Below are positions 49,576 through 58,219 of a DNA stretch of 64,000 nt, one piece after another; the first letter of the stretch is position 1, and each line of letters starts with the position of its first letter. The translations under genes and the position numbers were made by a program. Under the pieces are notes generated by a model. That model saw nothing but the letters and a program-made list of their open reading frames with translations. It had not been told where the DNA came from and made no database searches. Source of the DNA: a virus; the IMG/VR virus record IMGVR_UViG_3300050343_000122, positions 1 through 64,000 of that record; one strand, written 5' to 3'.

Positions 49576-51315
49576 CTAAACTCCATATCCAAAGCTTATT
49601 AATGTATTTCTTATTTCATCATACCAGTACTGCTCTGGGTTAGCAGGATTATTATCTAGATCCGCTGACCATGCAAATCTTGCAGGACTTGCACTTGGGT
49701 AGTTTACTAGATTATCTGTAGAACTGTTGTAAGCACTAGCAGGAGCATTACCAATACTTGCAACTACAGCTACACCATTATTTCCTGCATTAAGAAGTCC
49801 TTCAGGTGAAACTAGAGGTTTTATTGTTGAGAATGTGTACTGACTTGTAGCTGCTGGATGGAAAAACTTAGCTCTATATACATTAGTGTTACCTTTTGCA
49901 TTTTCTACATTCGTAACAAAAGTTCTTACACTTGCTATATCATCTACTATTCTTGAATTTGTTTGACTCGCTCGAGTTGACCAGGAGGTCCTGAACTTGG
50001 GTAATTACCATCCATATTATATCCTATACCTGACTCATCACCAAATGCCATAATTACTAAACTATCTGCATCAGGAAAATATCCTGTTGGGTCTATAGTG
50101 TCCCCAAGACCTTTGTTTGAGAGCATTTGAATTTGTCTCTCTTGACCACTATGACACCAGTATACACGAGTTTCAAACTCATCACTACCATTGGTAGCTC
50201 TGTCTGTATTTCCACTTGCTTCAGTTCCACCTGTTGCATAAAAATCTTGAAGTAAGTTTCTTAAATTAGATGTGTTTTGGTAATCAGCAGTTTTCTGAGC
50301 ATCTGTTAGATTAAACGTGACAACACCATTAGCTCCCTGGATTAATATCTGCTGTTAATGCAACAGGGTCTCCATTACTGTCTACAAGATTAAATGTTAG
50401 AGCATTTGATCCTACAGTAATAAAAGTTCCTGCAGGTATTGAAGGATGTATAGCTTCCATGCCAGGTACCACACATAAATACGCCCCACCTGTAGTGTTT
50501 CCACTAGGTTGTTGCACGGTAACTTTATTAGCCTGATTACCATATGACAGTTGGATTTGTGTTGATCCTGCTGGTGCAGTTCCACCAACTAGAACTTTTA
50601 CACCTGTAACACTAGCTATTTTTGCTGTCACTGCAATTGTGCTATTCATAGAACCTGAAACATCACTCCAGAAAGTAAAGTATGAGTTTCCTGTGACTGG
50701 TATTAGACTACTAGTAGTTGTAGTGGTAACAGGATCAGTAGTGGTAGTTGTTGTTGTGCTTGATGTACTTGTACTAGTTGTACTTGTACTAGTTGTACTT
50801 GTACTTGTGCTAGTTGTACTTGTACTAGTACTAGTAGAACTAGTTGTGGTAGTAGTTGGTGTTGTAAAACATCCTTCCACTCTACAGTCTGGATAGATTG
50901 TACTAGTTGTAGTAGTAGTTGATGATGTACTAGTTGTAGTAGTACTAGAGGTACTAGTTGTTGTTGTTGTTGGATTAGGACAAGGTTTGATTGCACATGT
51001 AGTTATTTCACATACAGTTGGTTCGTTACAGAATGGTACACAACCAGCTGTAAGACGTATTACCTTACTTGCAATGTCTTCTGTAGATACACTGTTGCAA
51101 CCTTTTGCATAATGACTGTCACAAAATCTATGTTGTAATATACGTTTATAGACTAACAGTTCTGAAATCTCACTAACAGCTATGGGTCTGTTTAACATAA
51201 ATACAACATTGTTGTATAAGTTATTCCCTAGCTCTGCAAGTTTACAGTCTATTTTTCGTAATAGATCAGGAATGTTTGCACACTCCTTACAATTCGTTAG
51301 TCTTGGTGAGATCAT
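49576..51315 (-). pseudogene. Putative tail-hub protein with Thr linkers and vWA-like domain, disrupted by two compensating frameshifts (or sequencing errors)
   Basis: The ORF track stops at TAA 50329. Coding continues in the +1 frame (..GANGVVTFNLTDAQK..DSLVIMAFGDES..) to TAG 49947, then in the original frame (..WSTRASQTNSRIVDD..ISFGYGV) to TAG 49576. The reconstructed protein is ~579 aa, with DVSGS at 50650-50664. Confidence 0.75.
50710..50970 (-). repeat. Low-complexity Thr/Ser-coding tracts
   Basis: Two T/S runs flanking YPDCRVEGCF. Confidence 0.9.
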
Positions 51316-51320
51316 ATGTC

Positions 51321-51431
51321 TTACTTTTTACCTTGCTGTTTTTCTAACTTAGCTTTACAGGTAGCACATAGACCATTTGAAAGTCTACAGCCACACCCCA
51401 CTTTTGCTCCACATCCTGCACACTGTGCCAT
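51321..51431 (-). CDS. 36-aa Cys-rich microprotein (CxxC-GCGC-CxxC), absent from the ORF track
   Basis: MAQCAGCGAKVGCGCRLSNGLCATCKAKLEKQQGKK; ATG at 51431, TAA at 51321; fills the intergenic gap. Confidence 0.75.
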   Translation of the reverse strand: MAQCAGCGAKVGCGCRLSNGLCATCKAKLEKQQGKK

Positions 51432-51433
51432 AA

Positions 51434-52000
51434 TTAAATAAAGTTTATTTGGTAGTTGTTTCCAGTACAACCACAATTTGATTTTATAAATGTATCAAGC
51501 ATATTACTAGCTTGATTGTATAGTTTTAAAGCTTCTTTCTCAGCACAGTTATTAGCAGCAGCTAATGACCCTTGAATAAAGAAGTTAATTGTATTTAAAG
51601 TAACGTTAGACTGTGTTCTCAGAGCACTGTCACACTCCATCATATTTAACTTTAAAAACGCATCGTCAAACTTTTGTTGAAGTTTATCAATACGCATTAT
51701 AGTCTTTTCTACATAATTCTTGTAGGCAGGTGCCACAGAGTATTTCAGATAGTATATACCATCTGGAATAGGTTGTTTGCATCCAGCTTCAGTAATTCCT
51801 AAAGTATCTGACGCAAAAATATTTGTTTCTAAGGGTTTGAAAGGTAAGACTTTTGTTCCAAATCCAGGTATCTCTATTTCAATCGTAGGTGATGAGACCA
51901 ACGGTGGATCATCTGGATACACTGATGCATCAGTAACTGCTAGTAAATTAACACTATAACTAGGAGGAACAATAATATCTAACTGTAAAATAGCTGACAT
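51434..52000 (-). CDS. Conserved structural protein (putative tail fibre hub)
   Basis: 188 aa. An Ig-like N-half with IPDGIYYLKYSV is followed by a helical Cys-containing C-half; role inferred from synteny. Confidence 0.55.
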   Translation of the reverse strand: MSAILQLDIIVPPSYSVNLLAVTDASVYPDDPPLVSSPTIEIEIPGFGTKVLPFKPLETNIFASDTLGITEAGCKQPIPDGIYYLKYSVAPAYKNYVEKTIMRIDKLQQKFDDAFLKLNMMECDSALRTQSNVTLNTINFFIQGSLAAANNCAEKEALKLYNQASNMLDTFIKSNCGCTGNNYQINFI

Positions 52001-52011
52001 AAGAATTATTT

Positions 52012-52061
52012 AAAAAAAAATACCAGAGGATTGAGTATTTAATCCTCTCACCTCTGGTATT
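52012..52061 (-). terminator. Intrinsic terminator after the putative auxiliary capsid gene
   Basis: AATACCAGAGG/CCTCTGGTATT 11-bp stem with a 9-nt T-run at its 3' end on the minus strand. Confidence 0.85.
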
Positions 52062-52094
52062 ATAGGTTAGTATTGTTTTATGTAACTCTGTCTA

Positions 52095-53234
52095 TTAGGC
52101 AGCAGTAGTTGTAGTTGTAGTTGTAATACAAACATTATTATCAACAACATCTCCAAGAGCAGCCTCTAGGACAGCAGATACAGCTGTAGATAGTCCAGCA
52201 GAAGAATCTTCATTAGGTACAGCAACTATTACAATATTGTCCATGTGGATATAATCACCCCATTGGTAAGCAGCTTTGTCATATTCATTGAATCTGATTG
52301 TGTAGCTATCGTACACAGCTCCATCAGTTACATAAGACTCAAAGTTCTCATTGTAACCACCCATTCTATAAAGAGATTTTAAATACCCAGCTTGGTAGCT
52401 ATAGTAGTTAATTTCTGCTTGCTTCCATTCAGTAGATAATCCTGAAGGGTAAGTAGAATTTTGGATGATAGAAGAAGTTGCAACAATGTTACATGCATCA
52501 GCTACGATAAAGTCAGCAGTAGTAGCTGGTCCTTCGTATACAAATGCATTAAAATACATTCTGTCATATTCAAATGGGAATGCAGCGATATCACATGGTT
52601 GACCATATTGTGTTAATGGTTTTCCGTGGATTCTAAGTTTAGTTCCACCTACATTTTCAAAAGTATAGAAACTGCTGAAAGAAATATTGTCTGGATTGTT
52701 ACCAGGAGCTTTCTTGTTAAAAGCAGCAATAAGTGAATTGATTAATGCATTAGTGTCAACATCAGTACATACATCACCACCACACTCACAACATGGAGCT
52801 TGGACAGTTACTGAACGTGTAAATCCGTTGAAGTATAACGTATTAATATAATTTGAAAAAGCTCTAAGCGTTACAGTTAGTATTTCACCACATTGTACTT
52901 TGAAGTCTGTGATGTCAGTAATCTGATTAGCTGCAGTTGCACAACCAGAAACTTTATACCATTCTGTTACGTTAGAGTTACAAGATGCACCAGCTGTTGG
53001 GCATCCTTTAATTTTGTCAGATCTTTTAGATCCTTGCAAATAAGTATTTGCTCTACCTTGTGCGACATAGAAATATGGTGAATCAGCAATATCTGTAGCA
53101 TCAACTGCTGCATATGTATTGCTAAAAAAACCAACTTCACCAGCGGTCAAGTCTTGGGTAGATTTCGAACCAGAGCTAGGTATTGTAGAACCTACTGGCA
53201 CCACGAATAACGTGGTTAATGCGAATGTACTCAT
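52095..53234 (-). CDS. Conserved crAss-like structural protein (putative auxiliary capsid protein) with poly-Thr C-terminus
   Basis: 379 aa; third gene after the MCP and followed by a strong terminator; ends CITTTTTTTAA. Confidence 0.6.
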   Translation of the reverse strand: MSTFALTTLFVVPVGSTIPSSGSKSTQDLTAGEVGFFSNTYAAVDATDIADSPYFYVAQGRANTYLQGSKRSDKIKGCPTAGASCNSNVTEWYKVSGCATAANQITDITDFKVQCGEILTVTLRAFSNYINTLYFNGFTRSVTVQAPCCECGGDVCTDVDTNALINSLIAAFNKKAPGNNPDNISFSSFYTFENVGGTKLRIHGKPLTQYGQPCDIAAFPFEYDRMYFNAFVYEGPATTADFIVADACNIVATSSIIQNSTYPSGLSTEWKQAEINYYSYQAGYLKSLYRMGGYNENFESYVTDGAVYDSYTIRFNEYDKAAYQWGDYIHMDNIVIVAVPNEDSSAGLSTAVSAVLEAALGDVVDNNVCITTTTTTTAA

Positions 53235-53262
53235 AATTTAATTTATATTTAAGGGTTAATAA

Positions 53263-53994
53263 TTATTCATTTGTTTGAATTCTAAATTGTGCACTTTGTA
53301 CAGCAGCAGCATTCTCTGTGTACATAGCTAGATTCTGAACTGTTAAATCTACAACTTCATCCTCTAGATATTCTTCTAGTTCACAATTTACGTCTGTAGA
53401 TGGTGTACCATCTAACATAATATATCCTGATTTATTTATATATACAGGATATCTCATATACATTATATATATCATTGTGGGGGTAAATGTACCGTCCGTA
53501 TAGACACTTAGACTATTAGAAGACAATGAGTTCATTGTTTCCTGATACTCGAAGCTTGGTTTATAATGATCATTGTTAAGTAATAAGGAGATGTCTCCAT
53601 GTTTACTTAGATCTTTATTAATCCAAATCTTACGATCTTTGCATCTTCCTTTATCAGCTAGCAAATAACTATCTACATAGAACATGTATTTAGGTTTGAG
53701 TTGTGTAAGGTCAGCATCCCACTGATGTAATTGTGTATTAGTTTCTACTAATTGTAATGGTTGGTTTGTAAAATCTACAACTAAGTTTTGTAAATCCTCA
53801 TACCTTTTTTTAAACGCATCAAAACCTAACCTGTTAGGAATTGGAAAACCATCAACTTTTTGTTTTATCAACTTAATCTGAGCCTCATTCAAACTCAAGA
53901 TTTTGTCTTCTAGTGCAATTTGTTGATGCTCGTTAGTTGATAGTTTATTTAGTTTTTGATCAATCTTGTATAATAAACTATCGACTGGTATCAT
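53263..53994 (-). CDS. Putative head-tail ring/connector protein
   Basis: 243 aa with LSLNEAQIKLIKQ, YMRYP and CELEEYLEDEVVDLTV motifs typical of the crAss-like post-MCP gene. Confidence 0.7.
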   Translation of the reverse strand: MIPVDSLLYKIDQKLNKLSTNEHQQIALEDKILSLNEAQIKLIKQKVDGFPIPNRLGFDAFKKRYEDLQNLVVDFTNQPLQLVETNTQLHQWDADLTQLKPKYMFYVDSYLLADKGRCKDRKIWINKDLSKHGDISLLLNNDHYKPSFEYQETMNSLSSNSLSVYTDGTFTPTMIYIMYMRYPVYINKSGYIMLDGTPSTDVNCELEEYLEDEVVDLTVQNLAMYTENAAAVQSAQFRIQTNE

Positions 53995-54024
53995 ATTTAA
54001 CTAGTTTTATAAAAAACTAGCTAC

Positions 54025-54993
54025 TTATACTGCAGCTAGTTTCTTAGATTTTAATTTCTTTTCGAGTACTAGTAAGTCATCTTGGTGATCTTCATCAATT
54101 AGATACTTAACTAATTCATCTTCATCCATTGCTACTTCATAATCTCCTTCGTATATCTTACCGCTCGGTTTGATTCTATAGATAGAATGTTGAATAGCTT
54201 GTTTAACTAAATCTTTAATATGTAGTAAATTATCTTTCATGTCTGCAAATCTGCCAAACACTTCTACAGGATTTAATCCTTTGAAAGAACCACTTTTAAC
54301 TTCAGATTGTTTTAACATGTTATCAACTAAATTATAAACAACTTCCTCTTTGGAATCTGATGTAACTGGTAATCCGAGTAGTCTTGCAACTTTTCTCTTC
54401 TTCTCCATACTCATGCCATCGAACTTAATGATAGCTTTATTAATTTGTTGTTTCTTTTTATAAACTATTTGACTTTCAACCTCATCATTTACAACATAAA
54501 ACTGTGTATCTGCTGGAAACTCACCTCTTTCCCACGCTTGGTAAGAAGATGCAATGGTTGGATGTACCCTTAACCATGCAAAAGAAAGTTCTTGAATAGG
54601 TACAGTTAAATCGTAAAGATTATCTCCATCTAAAAGTTTAATTGCTTTTACATGTAAGAGATCTTGTGATCCAGTTGATAGTCCGTAGTTCCAAAACTTT
54701 GATCTTGGTCCTAAATCTATATCTCCTAGAGCAGCTTGAAGTTTATCTTTAAGCTCAGTAACTCTTTCTATCTCTAGTTCTTTTTCAAGAGGATCTTGAA
54801 TCCTTTTAATATACCCAGCTTCAGGATCTAAACCTGTTCGGTACTTACCATCTAATTCCTTGTAAGGGTACTTAAATACCCCTGTTCCAGGAATCCTTGT
54901 CATACCTTGTTTAGATAGACCACTTTGAAGGGTCTGTAGTTGACTGCTATTATACTCTTTCTTAATCGTAGAGATTTTTCCTAATTTACCCAT
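54025..54993 (-). CDS. Conserved crAss-like protein downstream of MCP, function unknown
   Basis: 322 aa with YRTGLD, FW and WLRVHPTIA motifs; conserved position. Confidence 0.6.
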   Translation of the reverse strand: MGKLGKISTIKKEYNSSQLQTLQSGLSKQGMTRIPGTGVFKYPYKELDGKYRTGLDPEAGYIKRIQDPLEKELEIERVTELKDKLQAALGDIDLGPRSKFWNYGLSTGSQDLLHVKAIKLLDGDNLYDLTVPIQELSFAWLRVHPTIASSYQAWERGEFPADTQFYVVNDEVESQIVYKKKQQINKAIIKFDGMSMEKKRKVARLLGLPVTSDSKEEVVYNLVDNMLKQSEVKSGSFKGLNPVEVFGRFADMKDNLLHIKDLVKQAIQHSIYRIKPSGKIYEGDYEVAMDEDELVKYLIDEDHQDDLLVLEKKLKSKKLAAV

Positions 54994-55038
54994 AATGTAG
55001 TTTAATTAATTATTCTTTTTGGTTTTATTTTACTTAGT

Positions 55039-55174
55039 AGAGTGATCCAATTGAATGGGTAGAAACTTAATTCGTCACTCTGATTGAGAAGCCTGTCCCC
55101 TCTGAGGAGGGACAGTGTGGGTGAGGGGACTACTTCTCTGTGAAGGGTGAGTATTACGCTAGCAATAATTCACC
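55039..55174 (-). other. Three-hairpin structured RNA element downstream of the MCP stop codon
   Basis: GC-rich island. Stems AGAGTGA/TCACTCT (55039-55081), GAGAAG..GTCCCCTC/GAGGGGAC..CTTCTC (55086-55138) and GGTGA/TCACC (55146-55174). Confidence 0.7.
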
Positions 55175-55184
55175 TATTCTGTTT

Positions 55185-56750
55185 TTAGAACTGTGGAATT
55201 TCTTCAATAAGTACAGTTCTTGATAAATCCTCGATAAATACATCGCATCTATCTTTCATCCAGATTTCGTATCCTGGGAATTTATTAGCAGACTGCATTC
55301 CTTGAGACTTAGCAAAGCCTAGGTGGGAACGAGTTCCGTCAATATAACCCCAAGTCATAGAAGGAGCACCCTTCATACGAACTTCTCGGATGTTGTTTAC
55401 CATTGCACCATCAGATAGTGGAGAAACATCAAACACCATAAATACTGGAGTAGATTTCATGTTTTGTCCAAACTCTAAATTAGTTTGTGGTAAATCAAGT
55501 TCTTTCAAGTGAATTAATTCAACTCGACCTGTCTCTCTTGTAACCATTGCATCGAATGCAAAGTTATAAGTGATATTTTGTCCTTCTCCTTGCATGTATC
55601 TGTTTCCAGAATCTGCAACGAAAGTAAGACCTGAATTAAGTGCATCGTCTTTAAGAGCTTGTTGGAATACATCGAATCCAGCCTCATTAGTATACATCTT
55701 AACTCGTCTATCTTTAACATCCACTCGTCTATAGAACAAGTCTCCAAATACTGAACGAATCAGGTTTGCAGAGAACTCACCTCTATTGTATTGTACTAAG
55801 TTTCCGTTATTTCTCATTCTGTGGTATACACCAGCAGAAGTTCTTTTTAAGTTTTGTTGTGAACCATTAGTTTTAACAGTACCTGGAGAAGCCCAGATCA
55901 TTCTTTTAACTTTTAGTTCTAGCATAGACTTACGCATCCAGAACTCAATAAATGGCTCCCACTTAACATCTTCTCTTCTTAAAGGAAGTTGATTACGTCT
56001 TTGTGGAGCATATACTAAGATATCCAGTGGCTTACCAGCAGAATCACGCAACATTTTGTCATCAGCCCATTCTGTAATTTTGTGCTCATATCCATATGCA
56101 GAACCTAGTGATTCAAACATAGTGATTTCTTCACCTAATTTAGGAAGGCCTAATAGATCTTGATCAAATTCACCGATAGCAGCATCTACTAATTCTAATT
56201 CAACACCTTGTGTTAAGAATGTAGGATTAACAAAGTCTACAATTGGATTATCACTTACTAGTGTGAATTTGTAAATCCATCCCATGTTCCATGGTTGTGG
56301 ATCTTTAATTACGTAGAAACGTGGTCCATATTGACGTGTTCCTACAGAGATGATAGCATTCTTGGAGAATTCGTTAGAACTTAAGATAAGCTCAAACTCT
56401 TGTCCATCAACACCAACTTTACCTCCAGCATCAATCACATCTTGTGTAGATTTTGGAATGTCAATAATTTTAGGGAATTTGTAAGGAACTGCGATATTCC
56501 ATTTCCATGCATCGCTGTTATTATCAATAAAGTAAGGTGTACTCTTATTGATCATGTCTAGAAAATCATTGCTATACAATGAAGATTGAGTATACAGACT
56601 GATAATCTTTTTATCATAGTCTGCAGGCTCAGTAGAGTGAAAAGACTCTAGGTGGTTTGCATCTGTAAGTTTACCTACAGCACGTGCGTCCATAGACGCT
56701 ACACGAGCATAAGTAAAACCAGTTAAACCTGGGATTGTTTGAATTGCCAT
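55185..56750 (-). CDS. Major capsid protein (crAss-like, HK97 fold)
   Basis: 521 aa; follows the portal and the acidic scaffold-like gene; MYTNEAGFDVFQQA and VFIEDLSRTVLIE motifs. Confidence 0.88.
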   Translation of the reverse strand: MAIQTIPGLTGFTYARVASMDARAVGKLTDANHLESFHSTEPADYDKKIISLYTQSSLYSNDFLDMINKSTPYFIDNNSDAWKWNIAVPYKFPKIIDIPKSTQDVIDAGGKVGVDGQEFELILSSNEFSKNAIISVGTRQYGPRFYVIKDPQPWNMGWIYKFTLVSDNPIVDFVNPTFLTQGVELELVDAAIGEFDQDLLGLPKLGEEITMFESLGSAYGYEHKITEWADDKMLRDSAGKPLDILVYAPQRRNQLPLRREDVKWEPFIEFWMRKSMLELKVKRMIWASPGTVKTNGSQQNLKRTSAGVYHRMRNNGNLVQYNRGEFSANLIRSVFGDLFYRRVDVKDRRVKMYTNEAGFDVFQQALKDDALNSGLTFVADSGNRYMQGEGQNITYNFAFDAMVTRETGRVELIHLKELDLPQTNLEFGQNMKSTPVFMVFDVSPLSDGAMVNNIREVRMKGAPSMTWGYIDGTRSHLGFAKSQGMQSANKFPGYEIWMKDRCDVFIEDLSRTVLIEEIPQF

Positions 56751-56780
56751 TTTTATTTGTTTTTTATTATTAATTAAAAT

Positions 56781-58064
56781 TTACAAGAACCATGAATTAG
56801 GTTTCTTATTGTTACTACTTTGTTTTTTAGAAGCAACAGTTTTAGCTTTCGTAACTTGTCTTGCAACTTCTCCAAATAACTGGTTAGACTTTTTAGTCAC
56901 ACCTGCTCTTTGTATCGTAGATAACGTTGGATCTTTTTCTAACACCTTTAGTAGTAATCCCACTTTTACTTTTAATTCATGATTCTCTGGTCTTTTCAAA
57001 TCTAAGATAGAACGATCAAAATCTGTTAGGGTATCTCCACTTGGTGTTTTCCATTTATCCACTAGTAAGAAGTCTTGTAGTTCGTTTGCTAAATTAGAGT
57101 TGATAGGTATACCATCGAACTCTTTTTCTTTTACTTTATCTGAAAGTATAGTCTGAACATTAGTAACATACTCTTGCTTAATAGCATTTTTTGTTTGTAA
57201 CTCTTGTTGAGACTGTGCCTCTAGTTGTTGAAGCTTTTTAGCTTCCTTTTTTACTAGCACCTTATGGTGTCTAGTTGATACGGATTCTAGATCACCGTAA
57301 TTTTGTAATCTTTCAATTTCTTTATCTATGTCTTCTGTTTCGAACCCTTGATCAGAAAGTGCTTGTTTCATCACTTGTTTTTGATTGTTTTCTTTGCTCA
57401 AGTCCATTTCAGAAAAGTTAACAATATTATTGTAAGTTCCGAAATATTCTTTTGGGTTTACACCTTTTACAAAGATTGATTCAAACGCTTGTTGATAATC
57501 TTCACCAAATTGACCTATGAATTGTTGAACTAAATCTTGTGCTCCCTTTTTCTTTTCAGATTCAAAACGAGCTAAGAAGTCTTCTGGTGATTCTATGTTT
57601 ACCTCTTCATCTTCTTCCTTGTTAAATACTCCTAGTTCAAATAGGTCATTTGCTAAAGCTTCAAAATTAGGGGCAGTTGCATCAGATTCCTCATCTTCCA
57701 CCTTATCTAGAACATCAGGTTCTGGTTCTGGTTCAACCACTGGAGTTTCCTCTGTAGTTATTTCTTCCTCTTCTGTATCCGGACTATCACTTAAGAAGTC
57801 AGCAATTAGAGATTCTCCAGTTTGCTTTTCTTCTTCAGTCTTTCCGTCTACACTTTTAGGAGGAACAATATCTTTACCTTTGGGAGCTGTCTTTTCAGGG
57901 ACAGTATCTTCTACCTCTTTGACTATTGGCTCTACTGCTTCTGGATCTGCTTGAGCAGTCTCAGGAGCTAATAAATCGTTTAGTAACTGGGTATCACCAG
58001 CTCCACCAACAGACATGGTATCTTGTATGCCAAAGTTACCTTGTGCTTGCATATTATCAGACAT
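56781..58064 (-). CDS. Acidic scaffold-like protein
   Basis: 427 aa with a very acidic, disordered N-half and a helical C-half; lies between portal and MCP. Confidence 0.65.
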   Translation of the reverse strand: MSDNMQAQGNFGIQDTMSVGGAGDTQLLNDLLAPETAQADPEAVEPIVKEVEDTVPEKTAPKGKDIVPPKSVDGKTEEEKQTGESLIADFLSDSPDTEEEEITTEETPVVEPEPEPDVLDKVEDEESDATAPNFEALANDLFELGVFNKEEDEEVNIESPEDFLARFESEKKKGAQDLVQQFIGQFGEDYQQAFESIFVKGVNPKEYFGTYNNIVNFSEMDLSKENNQKQVMKQALSDQGFETEDIDKEIERLQNYGDLESVSTRHHKVLVKKEAKKLQQLEAQSQQELQTKNAIKQEYVTNVQTILSDKVKEKEFDGIPINSNLANELQDFLLVDKWKTPSGDTLTDFDRSILDLKRPENHELKVKVGLLLKVLEKDPTLSTIQRAGVTKKSNQLFGEVARQVTKAKTVASKKQSSNNKKPNSWFL

Positions 58065-58111
58065 ATGTAGTTATTTTTATTATAAATTGGTTTTACTTCC
58101 GTATTTTACTG

Positions 58112-58185
58112 TAAATTTAATTCAGTCAGTTCGAATTACAAAACTTTATTTATCTATTTTTGTAAATTCTTGAAATAATATAGCA
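58112..58185 (-). promoter_or_regulatory. Probable promoter for the capsid operon (TTTG-19 nt-TAAATTTA) with upstream TGCTATATTAT motif
   Basis: -33/-7-like elements at Bacteroidota spacing, with one mismatch in the -7. The 11-mer is identical to 465-475. Confidence 0.55.
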
Positions 58186-58219
58186 TTAATATTTTCTCTT
58201 CTATAATGAAGATAATTAT

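Noticed and set aside
55060-55145. Hammerhead ribozyme (GAAAC..GTC, CTGATTGA and CTGAGGA on the plus strand)
   Set aside because: Stem I cannot form between GTC and either CTGA motif, and no GAAA follows them.
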